A DNA stretch of 60,974 bases, filler included, from Basidiobolus ranarum (lineage: Eukaryota), in the NCBI GenBank assembly GCA_040143965.1. It is 10 parts of 10 records of this genome, joined end to end, with 100 filler letters (N's around TTAATTAATTAA, not from the genome) between each part and the next. Parts side by side here need not be neighbours in the genome. Positions count along the whole stretch, not along the records: positions 36,680 to 42,682 come from JASJQH010001440.1; positions 42,783 to 48,784 come from JASJQH010001441.1; positions 48,885 to 54,881 come from JASJQH010001442.1; 7 more parts are not named here. One strand, 5' to 3'. Positions 37,331 through 50,325 of this stretch are shown here, in pieces; positions within the stretch are counted from its first letter, which is position 1, and each line of letters opens with the position of its first letter. The position numbers and the translations under genes are program-made. A model generated the notes under the pieces. That model saw nothing but the letters and a program-made list of their open reading frames with translations. It had not been told where the DNA came from and did no database searches.

Positions 37331-38773
37331 TAGATACTTCTACTGGTAGCAGTACTCTTGTTGCTTACAAGTTGCAGATACTTTTACTGGTTTTTTACTG
37401 TAATTTGGCACAATCTAAGAACTTTTGCACATTGTCTAAGGCTATCCATATCGGCTATTTGCCAAGTTCAGTGCAATTCTAAATCTCAGATGCTCAGCAA
37501 CTTGTCCACCATTAGTTTGATTGCAAAGTTTATTGATATTGTTGAGAAAAGTCTGATCTGTCTTATATGTGCAATCATAGAGACTAAATACAAGATACCT
37601 GTATTTTAGAATCTCATTAAGGCTGGAATACAAAGGCTAAATTATCTCAAAAAAGGCATTCATATTAATTCAAACTCATATAGCAGTAAACCCTGTAATC
37701 TGCCATTTGAATACCAGTTTTTTCTAAAATATTTTTGAAAATTGAATAATCAATGCTTAATATTGAGGAACAAAATTTTGTTTTGTACAATAATGAATCT
37801 CTTACAACTCTCTTCTGTTCCACATTGAAAATATTTTGATTTTGTAAAGTTTCTTATATATACTGACAAAGAAGTGATTCTTTTTTTTTGTAAGTTAAAT
37901 GCAGCAACTTAAAGACAGTGCACAAATAGGTACAACTATTATCAGGATTATTTCCAAAGTGTCTCTCATATCCATTCATATCTTTGGTGTAAAACATTTG
38001 TTAAATATGTCCTTAAAAGTTGCTTTAGTGAAAGATATATTTTCTGGGAACATCTTTAAGCTTCCAGTAATAAACATATAGCTTGGCTGAAGATTTGTAA
38101 TGGAATACTAGTCATTTTTTTAGAAAGAATGATTACCCCCACATTTCACACTACAAAAGCAGACAAATAAGGCCTAAATAACTTCTTCATCCCACATGTG
38201 TGTAGGCCCATTAGAATATTGGAGTAACCTCTTATCAACAGTGCATTCAATATCTGGGTGACTTCATTAGCTCTTGGATTTCAAACAGATATCTTCAAAT
38301 ACTTGATATTTGGAGTTTCAAGTAGGCTATAAGCAACTTTGCCATACAGTTAGCTCCTCTATCCAAAAGACTTCAAAAGCACATCCAGAATTTGTGATAT
38401 ATTCAGCTGGCAGCTAACCTTTTGCTGGCTAAAGATGTATCTTTGTCAACTAGCTTAGTTTCAGGTTCAATGGCAGCAAGAATCCATTGATCACTTCTCT
38501 GATTGTGAGTGGTCTATCTATTGCTGTGGGTGCACATGCTGATATTGTGGACAGCTGTTCCTGTAGTAGTTTGAGACATATCTTGATTATTCTTGACAGC
38601 TTGGCTGACCTGACTCTTGCTGGCAGCCATATCATCCTTCTGGCAAATCTTGCTAAGATTATGCTCCATTTTGGCAGGGGGAAGTTGACAAGGCTTGCCA
38701 TCTTTTGTTGCATTATTCTCATTGGTTGGGCTGAAAATATTTGGATAATGCAAAAATGAGTAAGTCTCTTGAA

Positions 38774-40340
38774 AGTTGACATTAATAGTTTTGTCTTGAT
38801 GTAAACAAACTTTTTTGTAGAAAAATTTAAGGATGATTGCATGAACATGAGTGCAAAGTTTGGGGCTTTTTGTACAAGTTGGATATATCTTTATATTGGA
38901 GAACATCTAAGTTGGTAAAGTATTTTAAGTAAATTCTAATTGAGGAATATGGGCTATACCTCAAAAAAATAGTCATATAAACTAGTCCTAAGAGAGTTTC
39001 AAACTTTTTAAAGTTGTGTTTGCCTAATGATTTGGTTGATATCTCATCAATCATGTCTTCAGTAGGAAAATTAGTTAAGTCAATAAACTCTAAAGAAATT
39101 ATGCCCAACATATATATGTTTGCTTCTATTATGGTATGTGGGATTTCTAGCTAATTTGACTCAGCTTGTATTATTTTAAAATATATTAGTTGGTGGGTTT
39201 TGAGAATAGTCTAACTTTGTTAAGAGTTTTCTTAATGATATTTCTTCTTTTGTTGACTCACAGGCAGCATGTATTCTACTTCTGTTGTTGAAAGTACTAT
39301 AGCAGTTTGTGTCTTCAAAATCCAAGAAATAGCTCCATGGCAGGAAGAAAATATGAATCCTATTTTGGAACTCCTCAATATCTCTCCCCCAATCTGCTAA
39401 ATATCCCATATGATCAAAGATTGACCCAGAATATGCATATTCCAAGCACTGATCCACAATACATTTCAAATATACAACAATTCGCTTAACTGATATGATT
39501 TGTTCAGATCATAATTCCAAAGATCTTAAAGCATAGCTCCCAAAGAATATGCAATATCTGGCTATGTTACAACCATTATAAATCTGATATTACCAATTAT
39601 AGATTGATAAGGAAATTTCATGTTTTCATATGATTCCAGATAGTTAGTTTTGAAATTAGCATTGCCTAAACACCAATATATTCATATATAGCTTAGTACT
39701 AAGTTATCTTGTATCTCACAAAGATATTATCCATTAACCTCAAATGGAATTTACTTAAGATGTCTTTATTTATTTGAAACTTGTCAGATATATAGCTTTT
39801 TGAGCTTCTGCTAGAAGCCCCAAACTTTGCACACATGTTCTTGAGACCTGGCTTAACTCATTCTACTTGTTAGCTTGTTTACATCTTGATAAAACTGTAA
39901 ATGTCAACCATCTACTCATCAAACCAATAAATGAAAAACATCAATTTCTCTAATTTTCCAAATCACTTCCAACAGATGCCCAAATAATTTAACAGCTCCA
40001 ACTTGAAACATTTTTTAATATGCTGACATTAGTCTCCATTATGTTTGGTACTGGATTTTATTTCTTCTATATAAACTTTTGAAGAATATATAGAAAATAC
40101 TTGGATTGATTCAAAGTTATTTTTTTGGACTTTCTAACTATCTTGATTTGAAATCCACAAGAGTGTGCTAGTACCAAGAATAGTTGTTTTGAATTTGGCA
40201 GATAAGTTTGACTTAGTTTTCTCCAAAGTCTTTAAGTCACTGGTAGCTATAATAAGATCATCTACATATAAAGCAAATAGAACTATACTTATCTGATCTG
40301 GGCTAAATCAAATACTATAGTCCGCATTACTCTTGCGGAA
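38774..40340 (-). mobile_element. Degenerate copia RT/RNase H with a partial 3' LTR, interrupted by an opposite-strand LTR
   Basis: LFALYVDDLII (~40250-40282), PDIAYS, GAISW...VLSTTEVEY, TEDMIDEISTKSL; LTR fragment at ~38774-38953. Confidence 0.85.
39648..39974 (+). mobile_element. Copia LTR, family 1, nested in the RT relic
   Basis: TGAAATTAGCATTGCCTAAACACC...TTCCAACA. Confidence 0.85.
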
Positions 40341-40380
40341 TTAAAGTGTTTCCAAAAAACCCCAACAAAAATTTGAGGAA

Positions 40381-41124
40381 TGTTGTTGTCAGATAACCAG
40401 CACAATTTTAATCCATTTCTCATTGACTGTTTAATTATCTCCATAAAAATGTCAAGTCAAATTTATTTTAATCAACTTTTTCAGTTTCAGGAGTGAAAAT
40501 TCAATATCTCACAAAATACTTGCTCATTATTGGCTACAATCTCAGAAACCTATGAATCACCCCAAGTGTGAAAAACATAACTATAAATTTGCACTTATAC
40601 TGGAATGCAAAATTTGTCACCTTTGAAATGCCTAATATCTTTAATATATTCCTCCAAAAATTTCTATAATGTTCTTCATACTCAGGGTTTAGCTCATGTC
40701 CAACACAAGTTAGTATCAATATCCCCATTGAAGGCCATCTGTTTGTTTAACATTGCTGAATTAACATTCTTTCAACTGACTGGTACATACCCTGCATTAT
40801 TGTGCTACACTGTATCAGGTTCTTCCCCAATTTTGACATAGTCAACACCAGATAGAATGTATCTTGAATGTTCTTCTTCTGAAGCCACTTTCTGCATGCT
40901 TGCATTGTATTTTCTCTTCATACTCTTGAAAATACTGTTCAAATATTTCCACTACTACTATACCTCCATGAAGTGTGACACTAGTCCATGTACTTTTCAG
41001 TATTTGGAAGGCTTTTTTCTTGCCTTTAAGTCAGGGGCTAATAGCATCACATGGAAGAGAACAACTTGAGGTTTGAGAGCTGTGAGTTTCATTTACTGGT
41101 GCTTTAGCTTGTTGAGAGGTGCTA
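40381..41124 (-). mobile_element. ~745-nt LTR-like repeat, family 3; second copy at 56424-57170
   Basis: Colinear homology between contigs 7 and 10; minus strand ends ATTAAA...AACA. Confidence 0.7.
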
Positions 41125-41699
41125 CGTGCAGGATGAACTCCTGTCATTTGCTCTCTCCCAACTGGTATACCTGGTTGAACAGTGAAATCAAGACTTTTTG
41201 CCAATATATCTGACTCTGGTAAGGCAGATCTCTATAATGCTGTGAAGAGTTGGGAAAGTTGCACAGTTGAGCCTGCAATCACTAGCTCCTTTGCTCTTCC
41301 CTTGGGTTTACTAACTTTCTGCTCCTTGAATACATTTTTAGCTTTTCTTTCTTTTCCAAGTCAATTGAAATGTCCTATAAATCGAATTATACTAGCCCAA
41401 TTTCCCTTTGCCTTCAAAAGCCCAGAATTAGCCACAGAAGAACATCAAGAACCTTCTGAGTAATGCCTTGGGCTCTGGTTTTCAATGATTAGCCCAAATT
41501 ATGGTAAACTTGGGTAACTTTCTGCAAAGTACTCAAAATGTCAAACCATTCATGATGAGGTTATGTAACACCAGCTCTGACATTCAGAGTCTTTTAGTGT
41601 GCTTGTTTGCCTATGAGAATTCTGCTTTCATGTGCCCTAGCAATTTTGAGTTGTGTGAGGCTTTATTGTCCAGCACATATTCTGCTCAACTAGATTGTT

Positions 41700-42682
41700 G
41701 CAGTGACATTTATATGTAAAATGTTGGATTGACTGAAATGCCATATCAAAACAGATGGAATGAGCAGTATGTGGCTCTAGCTCAAGTATAGCACTCTGCA
41801 GGTTATTCTACTATTCAGGTGAGTAACTAACTGATGACTAGTTGCTTCAAAATACTGCATTAATTGCAATATTACTGTGTTGTAGCTTGTCTTGGCCTGT
41901 ATAGCAACTTTATAGCTTTAACACTAATTGTGGATAAATCATTATGGTGCTCTGCCTGAGTGTCCCTTTTGCAATGATTCTAAGCCAAATATTTATGAAG
42001 GGGTGTTTAATAGTTGGCAGAGTAAGCATTTTCAAAGTCAATGGTCTTGATGGTTTTGCTGTTGGACTTAGCTCAACTAGTGATTTACTACATAACTAGG
42101 GGACTGTAATCTCTTCACATGCACTATTGTCAGAAAGGAACATATGTAATAAATTGAATACTGTTTCATTACTAATTGAGTTGGCTGCTGGCATGTTAAT
42201 GCCTTCCAAACTGTTGAGTAGATTGCCAGACTACTACACAATTTAGTCTTCTGTTCTTGCTGGTTTTTTCCTCTTCTGCCAGCAGGCCTTTGCTTAGAAG
42301 CCAATACTGATTTAGATTTTGAATGCTTTGTTCATTGCATTAAAATATTTGTATGGTAAATTAAGTGTACTGAAATTGCTTAGAAACCACTTGTTGTAAG
42401 TTGAAATTGCCATCAAGTACCAGATATATGCTGTGAATCCCCCAATAACTCATCTATGACACTGTCACAAGATCAAGTGATAAGTTGATGGGATATACCT
42501 GAATTACCAAAATTCTTCTGCTTTGAAAGCTAGAGATATCTTAGAAATAAAGCCCAAGCATGCTCACTGTGCAAAGCCACCAGCTGCACAATGTTAAGTG
42601 ATTTTCAATAGTTATAGGTGCTCAAAAATGATTTTAATTTTGCATACTTGGTTCATTGGCCCTACCAGAAATATAAGTATTG
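41700..42682 (-). mobile_element. Possible highly decayed KDZ-type transposase
   Basis: Only VLDGNFNLQQ (~42391-42420) recalls the KDZ DGNF motif; the region is CpG-poor and full of stops. Confidence 0.3.
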
Positions 42683-44568
42683 NNNNNNNNNNNNNNNNNN
42701 NNNNNNNNNNNNNNNNNNNNNNNNNNTTAATTAATTAANNNNNNNNNNNNNNNNNNNNNNNNNNNNNNNNNNNNNNNNNNNNGATATGATCCAGTATTGT
42801 CACAATATCTTAAAAGATTGATGTCTTGATTGTCACTTTGTTTAGATTAGTATTTAAGCTAAATAAAGTCCACACCATCTGGTGCTTTTCATCCTCCCTA
42901 ACCCTTACCAGAACATCTATACCCTTTGTCAGCATCTTGACTTTATCTTTGAATATTATATTCTAACTTGGCTTATTTATTTATTGACTTTGTTTAAATT
43001 GATAAATAAATATTACACCTTCTGGTACTTATCATCCCCTAACCCTAATGTAGAACCCAAAGATACCGGATTCCTGGCTCTAGAAGTAGTTGATTCTGAA
43101 AGAAATGACTAAATTTAGGAAACAGATATATACACGGTTGGATGTAACAATGTATCAGATGGATCTGAAACATTTCATCGCATTCGTTTGTGGAGCGTTA
43201 ATTTTCAGATTACCAAGCTATAATTAGTAAATGGATCATACTGAGCGTTAAAGTCTAGTGTTCCAATTGAGGTTTTTAACACTCAACTAGTGTTTACAGG
43301 ATAGGATCATTTTTAAAGTCAATTGAAGTGGTAAAATAGTGAAATCTCGGTTAGGAAATTTTACATATATCTGATTGTCAACTGGCATTCATACTGTCGG
43401 CCAAGTTATCCGTAGATTGAATGGTGAAAGTAGTGAAACTTGGCAATATTACAAATATCGCTGAGAGATATTCAGATTTTCTTTTAGTAAAGCAGTTTAG
43501 TAGAAGCTGTTAGTATACTGCGTGTATATAGTTTAATTGGTTCTTTAGTAGTTATTTAGTTTAAGTACACTACTAGGATACAAGCGTATTAGCATTCGCA
43601 GTTATCGCCAACCTTTCGGTGGTATTGTGGATGACAACCTGGCCACAAATTACTTCGCTACTCAGAAAGTCGGATATAGTAGCTCTGATGTAAGAGTATC
43701 AATGTACCATCTGGACTCCAGCTCAGAGACTAATCGTCTCTTTCTAAACTAAGATTGATATCTATCTATTCCCCTGCATTCAATGGGATGATCCTAAGCT
43801 TACCTGCAAAAGTCCGAAAACACAGGTTATGGAGCTACGGTAACATATCGAAAGACAAGGCTTCGGATTTCACTTATTTTAGCTTGGTGAGTATACTAGT
43901 ATACTTGTCCACAATACTCAACTTACTAATCAAAACATCCTTAGACTTGGAATGAGGAAGCCTTCGACATAATCAGTCTACCATTTTGCTTGTTCCTCAA
44001 TCTTAACTTGCTATTACAGTCATTTCTAGAAACTACATCAGGGCTTAAAAACTATGATATGAATAAGTACATAGCAGTCCTTCGCAAGCTCTATACCCAC
44101 TCAAAGACTTTGACCTCGTATTTGGGATATATGCTCAAAGAAGTAGCTTGGAGGAATTTTTTGGTAAATAAAAAAATCGGATGAGAATTTACCGCTACGG
44201 GACGTAGTAAGACACACTTGATATGTCATATCCTGGTTAGTTATTAACATCGCTAATCCTTTACAAGAACTGGGATTAGGATAATAGTTCTATGGTGTTC
44301 CATTCTCAACACTATGGTGGGTGGAAAAATGTGGCAATAAAGGTAGAGCCATAGTTAGAGTTCTATCCCGATAGAAGCTATTAACACCTGGTCTAGCAAT
44401 TTTAGGGAACAAGTCTGTCACTGGATGCGATGGTAATTGAGATCACAATGTTCTTGCCTAATGGTATTTAGCCTTTGGCTTGTTTTATTTTTTGACACAA
44501 GGGTTAGTTATCTTATTTTCTGTCTAAGTCAGAAGGTCATCCCCAGATTTCTCTATGGCATCTTATCA

Positions 44569-47013
44569 TCAAATTAATTTCGGATTGGGCTCACTTTGAA
44601 AGCGAAGCACTTCACCATCCTCAAACATGGCGACAATGGAATGTGGCTCAACACATATTTGATAAGTACAATCCCATGTTTCATCTTCGCCATAACTATA
44701 TGTCTCTTCACCAAAATTTGCAACTAACTTGGTTCCATCTTGGAATGTGGTGGCTTGCACCATGCGATCGTTTGACAACCATTCAAAGTCTATCAAAGGC
44801 TGAAAAGCCAACCTTTCATGTAACGGTCTGAAAAAAGCATCAATACGGAGTAGATACGGTAATCTTACCTCAGCGGTGGCCAAATTTAGATGCACCAATG
44901 GAGGAGCGTTGTATAACATTTGTAGTAACTCAGAATCTGACTGAATATCTGGAAACTTTAAGTTGTCGATCAACCAATGATTTGTGGTGACGATGCTATC
45001 ATGGAATACAGCTTGAAACAAAGGTAACCGCTTAGATGGAGCATAATATAGTTGTCTGTATCTAGACTCTACTAAAGCTGGCTTGAAGTATGTTGCAGGT
45101 TGACTTTCTGGGTAATATCCACCCAGAAAATACGGAGAACTCTTGTTCTTGTGCATTTGTGGGTCACGCCATCCAAACATAGTATTCTGCATACCATGAG
45201 CAAACGGTATCTCTCTGTTTACATGGGAAAAGCCATTCTCTGAGCCTGCTAAAAGCTTTAGTTGCGATTCTGTCGCTACCCATTCCATACGTAGATTCCG
45301 ATCGTGCGCATCCTGAGCCTCTGAACTAGTATGGGCAGGGTCAAAGTCTTCATGGACCATTCCGGACGCATCGGCATCCAGGAACCAGCTATTATAAGCA
45401 TTACGTGTATGCATTTGAGTTTCTTTCACACGTTTGTGATATACTTCACTTACACAGGGTGTATTGGTATAGACACCTTCGCCTTTAAAGCCCTCTAGTC
45501 TTTCTCCGTTTTGTAGCATTACTCCACACTCTTCAAATACTTCTTGACCAAGATGAGCGGTAATAAACGATGGATCAACTCCATCTGGGATCGCAGTATT
45601 ATAAGAATCATAAGGGCCGATCAAATAGCCAGCATTGTTTGCAGCCTGAATGCCCTCAGGATGATAAAAGCCAGCTCGATAGTCGGGGATTCCCAAGAAA
45701 AGCTTCTTTAAACCGGACTCTTGAAGGCGATTCATCATTTTTACAGAAGCTCCATCGCCCCAGCGTTCTACTGGAATAACGGCATGTTGAAATAACTTCA
45801 TTAGCGCAAATTTCTGTCGATCTTCCGCGTAATGCGTGAACTTGGTCTTCGGAAGGTCCTGATCAGTTATATCAATCTGAGTAATAGCTGTGTTGATTTC
45901 GTTGATAATGATGGATTGGGTATACCGGTTTGTCAGCAAATCCTTGGACAATAATGCCTGTTGGGCTTGGCTACTGAACTTCTCTCTCAAAGAGTCCGCC
46001 AAGGAATGAGTTTTGTTCCCGCTATTTTTCAAAATCTCTATGAATGTCTTCCAATTTCTTACATCTTGAGGAACCATCAATTGATCTCCCCAAAGATATG
46101 CATGACTTGCACCTATTAATCTATGTCCTGTTTTGTGCCAATCGATACGATCTAGTTTTTCTCGTAGGCTCTTGAATTGGCCCCGAGACTTTATAAGGTG
46201 ACGATAGCGTTTAGAGGGAGCCAGTGGATCTAACTTATTTGGCGTTAAATGGAAGATTAATTCGTATGATTGTTTGTAATCGAACTTAGAGAATTTGTGA
46301 TGAGCAGTAATCAACAAATTCTCATCTACACGGGCGTTGTTGTCCATATTTTTTGATTTGCCTCCATTTGGTGTACTGAATTCTGATGAGTTGTCGAATG
46401 GACTCGAAAAGATCACACTCAATGTATTCTTACCTCTGCCACATTCTTCACTTCTTTCGCATAGATATTCTATTCCAAGTAAAGGTAAACTCATTCCTTC
46501 AGGCATGGAGATTGGACCACTCGTGAGTTGATTGCGCCATCCTTGGTCATTTAGGGGTATATACATTCCCTCAATCTTAGGAAACATCAGCGCCCTTGCC
46601 CCTTCGTTTTGATTCAAGGGCAATAAAGGCCATTCTATAGCGCCAGGAGTGTTTCTAGAGAACCGAACTCGAAAATCGTGACCTGACAAGGATGTTTTAA
46701 CAGATATCTGAGAATTATCTAAGCGCCATTTAGCATGTTCCCATTCAACTGATAAATCCTTGACATCCTCGGTAGAATTTGAGATGGGAAGGGACAGAGT
46801 GATAACTTGTCTATGCTTGCCAGTAGTTTCTGCCTGCATCGCAAGAGTAGCTGGATCAATTGTAATATGCCAATGAGAATTGAAAAGCTTAAACCTCTCC
46901 GAGCTGTCACCCTCATTAGAAAATGACCATGCGGCGACAACAGAAAGACTAGGTACGGCTACAAGCAGAAGATGAAAGAGACCAAACCTGGAGGATATAC
47001 TAGAAGGCATCAT
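44569..47013 (-). CDS. Secreted bacterial-type glycoside hydrolase, GH129/GH101-related (~814 aa, intronless)
   Basis: Signal peptide; LIGASHAYLWG, GYLIGPYDSY, SWFLDAD, GSENG, RLPLFQAVFHDSIVTTNHW, LYNAPPLVHL, VQATTFQDGTKLVANF. Confidence 0.8.
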   Translation of the reverse strand: MMPSSISSRFGLFHLLLVAVPSLSVVAAWSFSNEGDSSERFKLFNSHWHITIDPATLAMQAETTGKHRQVITLSLPISNSTEDVKDLSVEWEHAKWRLDNSQISVKTSLSGHDFRVRFSRNTPGAIEWPLLPLNQNEGARALMFPKIEGMYIPLNDQGWRNQLTSGPISMPEGMSLPLLGIEYLCERSEECGRGKNTLSVIFSSPFDNSSEFSTPNGGKSKNMDNNARVDENLLITAHHKFSKFDYKQSYELIFHLTPNKLDPLAPSKRYRHLIKSRGQFKSLREKLDRIDWHKTGHRLIGASHAYLWGDQLMVPQDVRNWKTFIEILKNSGNKTHSLADSLREKFSSQAQQALLSKDLLTNRYTQSIIINEINTAITQIDITDQDLPKTKFTHYAEDRQKFALMKLFQHAVIPVERWGDGASVKMMNRLQESGLKKLFLGIPDYRAGFYHPEGIQAANNAGYLIGPYDSYNTAIPDGVDPSFITAHLGQEVFEECGVMLQNGERLEGFKGEGVYTNTPCVSEVYHKRVKETQMHTRNAYNSWFLDADASGMVHEDFDPAHTSSEAQDAHDRNLRMEWVATESQLKLLAGSENGFSHVNREIPFAHGMQNTMFGWRDPQMHKNKSSPYFLGGYYPESQPATYFKPALVESRYRQLYYAPSKRLPLFQAVFHDSIVTTNHWLIDNLKFPDIQSDSELLQMLYNAPPLVHLNLATAEVRLPYLLRIDAFFRPLHERLAFQPLIDFEWLSNDRMVQATTFQDGTKLVANFGEETYSYGEDETWDCTYQICVEPHSIVAMFEDGEVLRFQSEPNPKLI

Positions 47014-48483
47014 CTTTGGTATAGTCGAGAAATGTTGAATCTTAATCCAAGCTTCGTCTCGCCTTTTATCTGCCTTTAGCCTGAACTTTGTTTTCACTAC
47101 TTGGTCTGTAATGGTTCACTGATATGAGAATATTTATTCAATTTGTAAATGAATCTATTTATAGACTATATACTATCAATAAACTCCGAAACTGCCCTTA
47201 TTTCACTATCGCTTTGAGTTTCCAATACTATGAGAAGCGTCCGCATACCTGTTTGGATCTGAGTGTAGCTATTTAGTGATAGCTGAGTGAACCGACTTGA
47301 TGGTATTTCATGCTCGCCATCCATTACCAAATAAGAAACTTCCATTGAGCGTAATTTGCAAGGTAATCTCACCGGTATAGGTGGCTCATAGTATTAAAAG
47401 CGGGATGTTTAGTATGGGTATTTATAGTCAAAGGAAATATCTTTCCGCATCAAACTATTGATATCCCATAGTAAGTCACATGATTCGAGTTATTTTTAGA
47501 AAGTTCGAGAATAGTAATTCTACCAGCGCCAATGCCTTAGAAAATTCCCATTTAAAGGGTACATTCATAAAGTCTAGGCTATTTACATGTTTTGATATGT
47601 ATTTGAAAATTCATTGGACTTAAAGATACTAACCAACAATTGCTATGGGCAATACTGAGGAAAAGTTCCATGTAGAAAATGCTAATAAAATGCTAGTAGC
47701 CATACTATCTTGGTGAATTCATAAATGCAACGATGATATTCCAGTATAGGTAGATAAACTCATAGATATTAAATAACTACTGAAGATGAAAGTAATTGAC
47801 TGTATACGTGCTAAAGAGAACGTCAACTAAAGTATATAACCCTCAATTACACGCCTAATATGTCCAGGATGATCAACACTTGGTTGGGCTTATTTCAAAG
47901 TGAGCTATAAAAGCATCCAACCTGTATCCCGTATTCCCAAACACTTTAAGAAAACATCCCATATGCTATTACTCACAGCCTGAACTCAAGCTCCTACATC
48001 TCTAATGAATTCATAGAAGATCGTATCCGATTCTTACTATTCAGTTAGATTTCCATAAAACAATTATCTTAGTAATGTTAATAAACAACAAATTGTTAAG
48101 TTACATACGCTTCCCTAGGATTGGCGTCGTAGTCTTGGGTAAAAATGATAATTATTACTCCGGAGCCTTAGGGAAGATTTTAAATAGTAAAAATTGGTCA
48201 ACTCAAACCGGTCTTCACCACGAAAAGCAACACAAGTTAGCTATAGTAGTCTAAAAATAGCGAGTATAACAGAACTGTACGATTGTTGCTGACACCCGCA
48301 ATAGTATGAGATGAGTTGTGGTAAACCAGATATTGCAGTTAATTACAAAATTAAACGACTTAAGTAAAGCTAATCGGAAATTATGCAATTGTTAGAATGG
48401 ATTTATTGAATAGTTTATACAGTGCATGAATGATGTCCAAGTGGTGCAATGATTATTATGAATAATGATATGAGAATTAAACT

Positions 48484-48784
48484 TTAGCATTCAATATTAT
48501 CATATTTTCTGAACAAGAAATAGAATATTCCCGTCATAACTCCCATCAATCCAGTTTGGATTCCAAATACGTATACGAAGTTTGGGTCATTACTCCAAAT
48601 AGCCAGGATGAGTCCGATCAAACTTCCACCACAATTGGTGAACAAGAACAAAGCAGTAACCACGGATTTAAGCTCAGGTGCGGCTTGTCTGAATGCAAAC
48701 TCAAGTCCAGTAACCGAAGCGAAAATCTCCGAAATGGAGATGCCAACGAATGGAATGATTTGCCACCAGATGGAAATGTCATTG
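48484..48784 (-). CDS. C-terminal 99 aa of a POT/PTR2 peptide transporter (absent from the ORF track)
   Basis: NDISIWWQIIPFVGISISEIFASVTGLEFAFRQAAPELKSVVTALFLFT...DPNF...FRKYDNIEC*. Confidence 0.92.
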
Positions 48785-48884
48785 NNNNNNNNNNNNNNNN
48801 NNNNNNNNNNNNNNNNNNNNNNNNNNNNTTAATTAATTAANNNNNNNNNNNNNNNNNNNNNNNNNNNNNNNNNNNNNNNNNNNN

Positions 48885-49058
48885 TGCTAAAAAGATTATA
48901 TCGCCATGATAGCAAATGGCGTTCATTCCGCCCTCTTTAACGATAAGCCCTGGATATTTCTCTGGAGTAAACGTATTCTCTCGAGATGAACTGGGCAGGC
49001 AGTGTACCGATGATAAAGCGGCAATACAGGCAAGTGTGGCAGTGAGTAAACAGGTCAT
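48885..49058 (-). CDS. Small secreted protein, YPGL/CYHG family copy A1 (3'-truncated)
   Basis: Signal peptide then NTFTPEKYPGLIVKEGGMNAICYHGDIIFLA. Confidence 0.8.
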
Positions 49059-49771
49059 GTTGTGATGTATTTGTGAGTCTGTGACTAGCCCTATTTATTG
49101 TGTTTACGAACATTGGAATTCATATGTTTTGGTACACATCTGATCGAGAGACTACAATGAAACATGGCGTTGTATATATGACTGGCTCTTCCACTAATCG
49201 ACCTTTTACGAATGCTTAATTCCATCGGACCCTGAGAAATCATACCTGGGCGCATGGTGCAAACTCTATTTCAATCATAACGACGAGATCACAAACATTA
49301 CCACGCTTTCATTGGCTAGGTATCTCAACTTGATTGACAAAACTAATTGGTACGCTTATTTTATGTATATTGGTGACAATTCCTTATTGCATGGAGAATA
49401 CACTTTCAACACATCATGATTCATTCATCTTCCATAGATTCAAATCTTTGTCTCGGACTAAAACTTTTCTGAACTAAACTAAAGTTTTGCCATGATGGTG
49501 ACAATCTGGCCTATGAATATAGCACCACTAAAAGCAAATCACAATATATGTGTGTGTGGATACCTTAGCCTGGAAACCTTGTATTTCTGATTGAGTGAAT
49601 CGTCAAGAAAGTAAGCATGACTTGTCCCTCACTATTCACAAATATCATTCACTCGATCCAAGTGTATTTCGTTCATTGCGAGAAAATATTAATTATACTG
49701 GAAGAGATATCTACTGCATCCAGAGCCTTGCTGATTTTAGCAATATGTTATTGTAAGGTTTACACCATAAG

Positions 49772-50033
49772 TAATGTTCACCGCATGGTTATTCTCAACC
49801 GTCAAGATAACATAGTCATCAACAGTACGGAAAGACATAGAATATACGGTGACTCTCTGCCACAACCGAACTCTACCATAAATGATGTCGCTCAAGGTGG
49901 TTGACTGAGTAATTGCTCGATGATATGCCGGATAGAAATGTACACCACAATAGGCGAGCTCCCGTGACAAGAGCTCCGTGTGCTTCATAGTACCGATAGA
50001 AAGTAGGCAAAGGCTTACAATCCATATCAACTG
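49772..50033 (-). ncRNA. U17/snR30-like H/ACA snoRNA, copy 1
   Basis: CACCGU-AUAUUCUA...UAACCAU-GCGGUG-AACAUU (m1, m2, terminal stem, ACA box); TATATAA starts 34 nt upstream. Confidence 0.8.
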
Positions 50034-50325
50034 GAATAACTTCAGAGTCATACCAGTAGCTTATATAGATGAATCTACGCCCCTAAATTGGAAACTAATA
50101 CTCAAATAAAACCTAACAATTGATCGTTATTCAGTATCCCATATTATTTATGCTAATTATTTCTAACTGATGTTGTCTTTTAAGACGCTACATATTTACT
50201 CTTAAAATTCCATTTTCCAACTAATATTTCATTAACTTCGAAACTAGTTTGGTTTATTTCCTTTATTGGCTGAATTTTCAATTCCTATTACATCTTAAAT
50301 AAAAAATACAACTTTAACACAATCT

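Noticed and set aside
49737-50051. 104-aa ORF with a signal-like N-terminus (also ORFs 51812-52036 and 54436-54684)
   Set aside because: The ATG is only ~9 nt from the TATA box. Sister copies have a TGA, a frameshift or no start yet keep nucleotide identity and base pairing, which the snoRNA model explains better.
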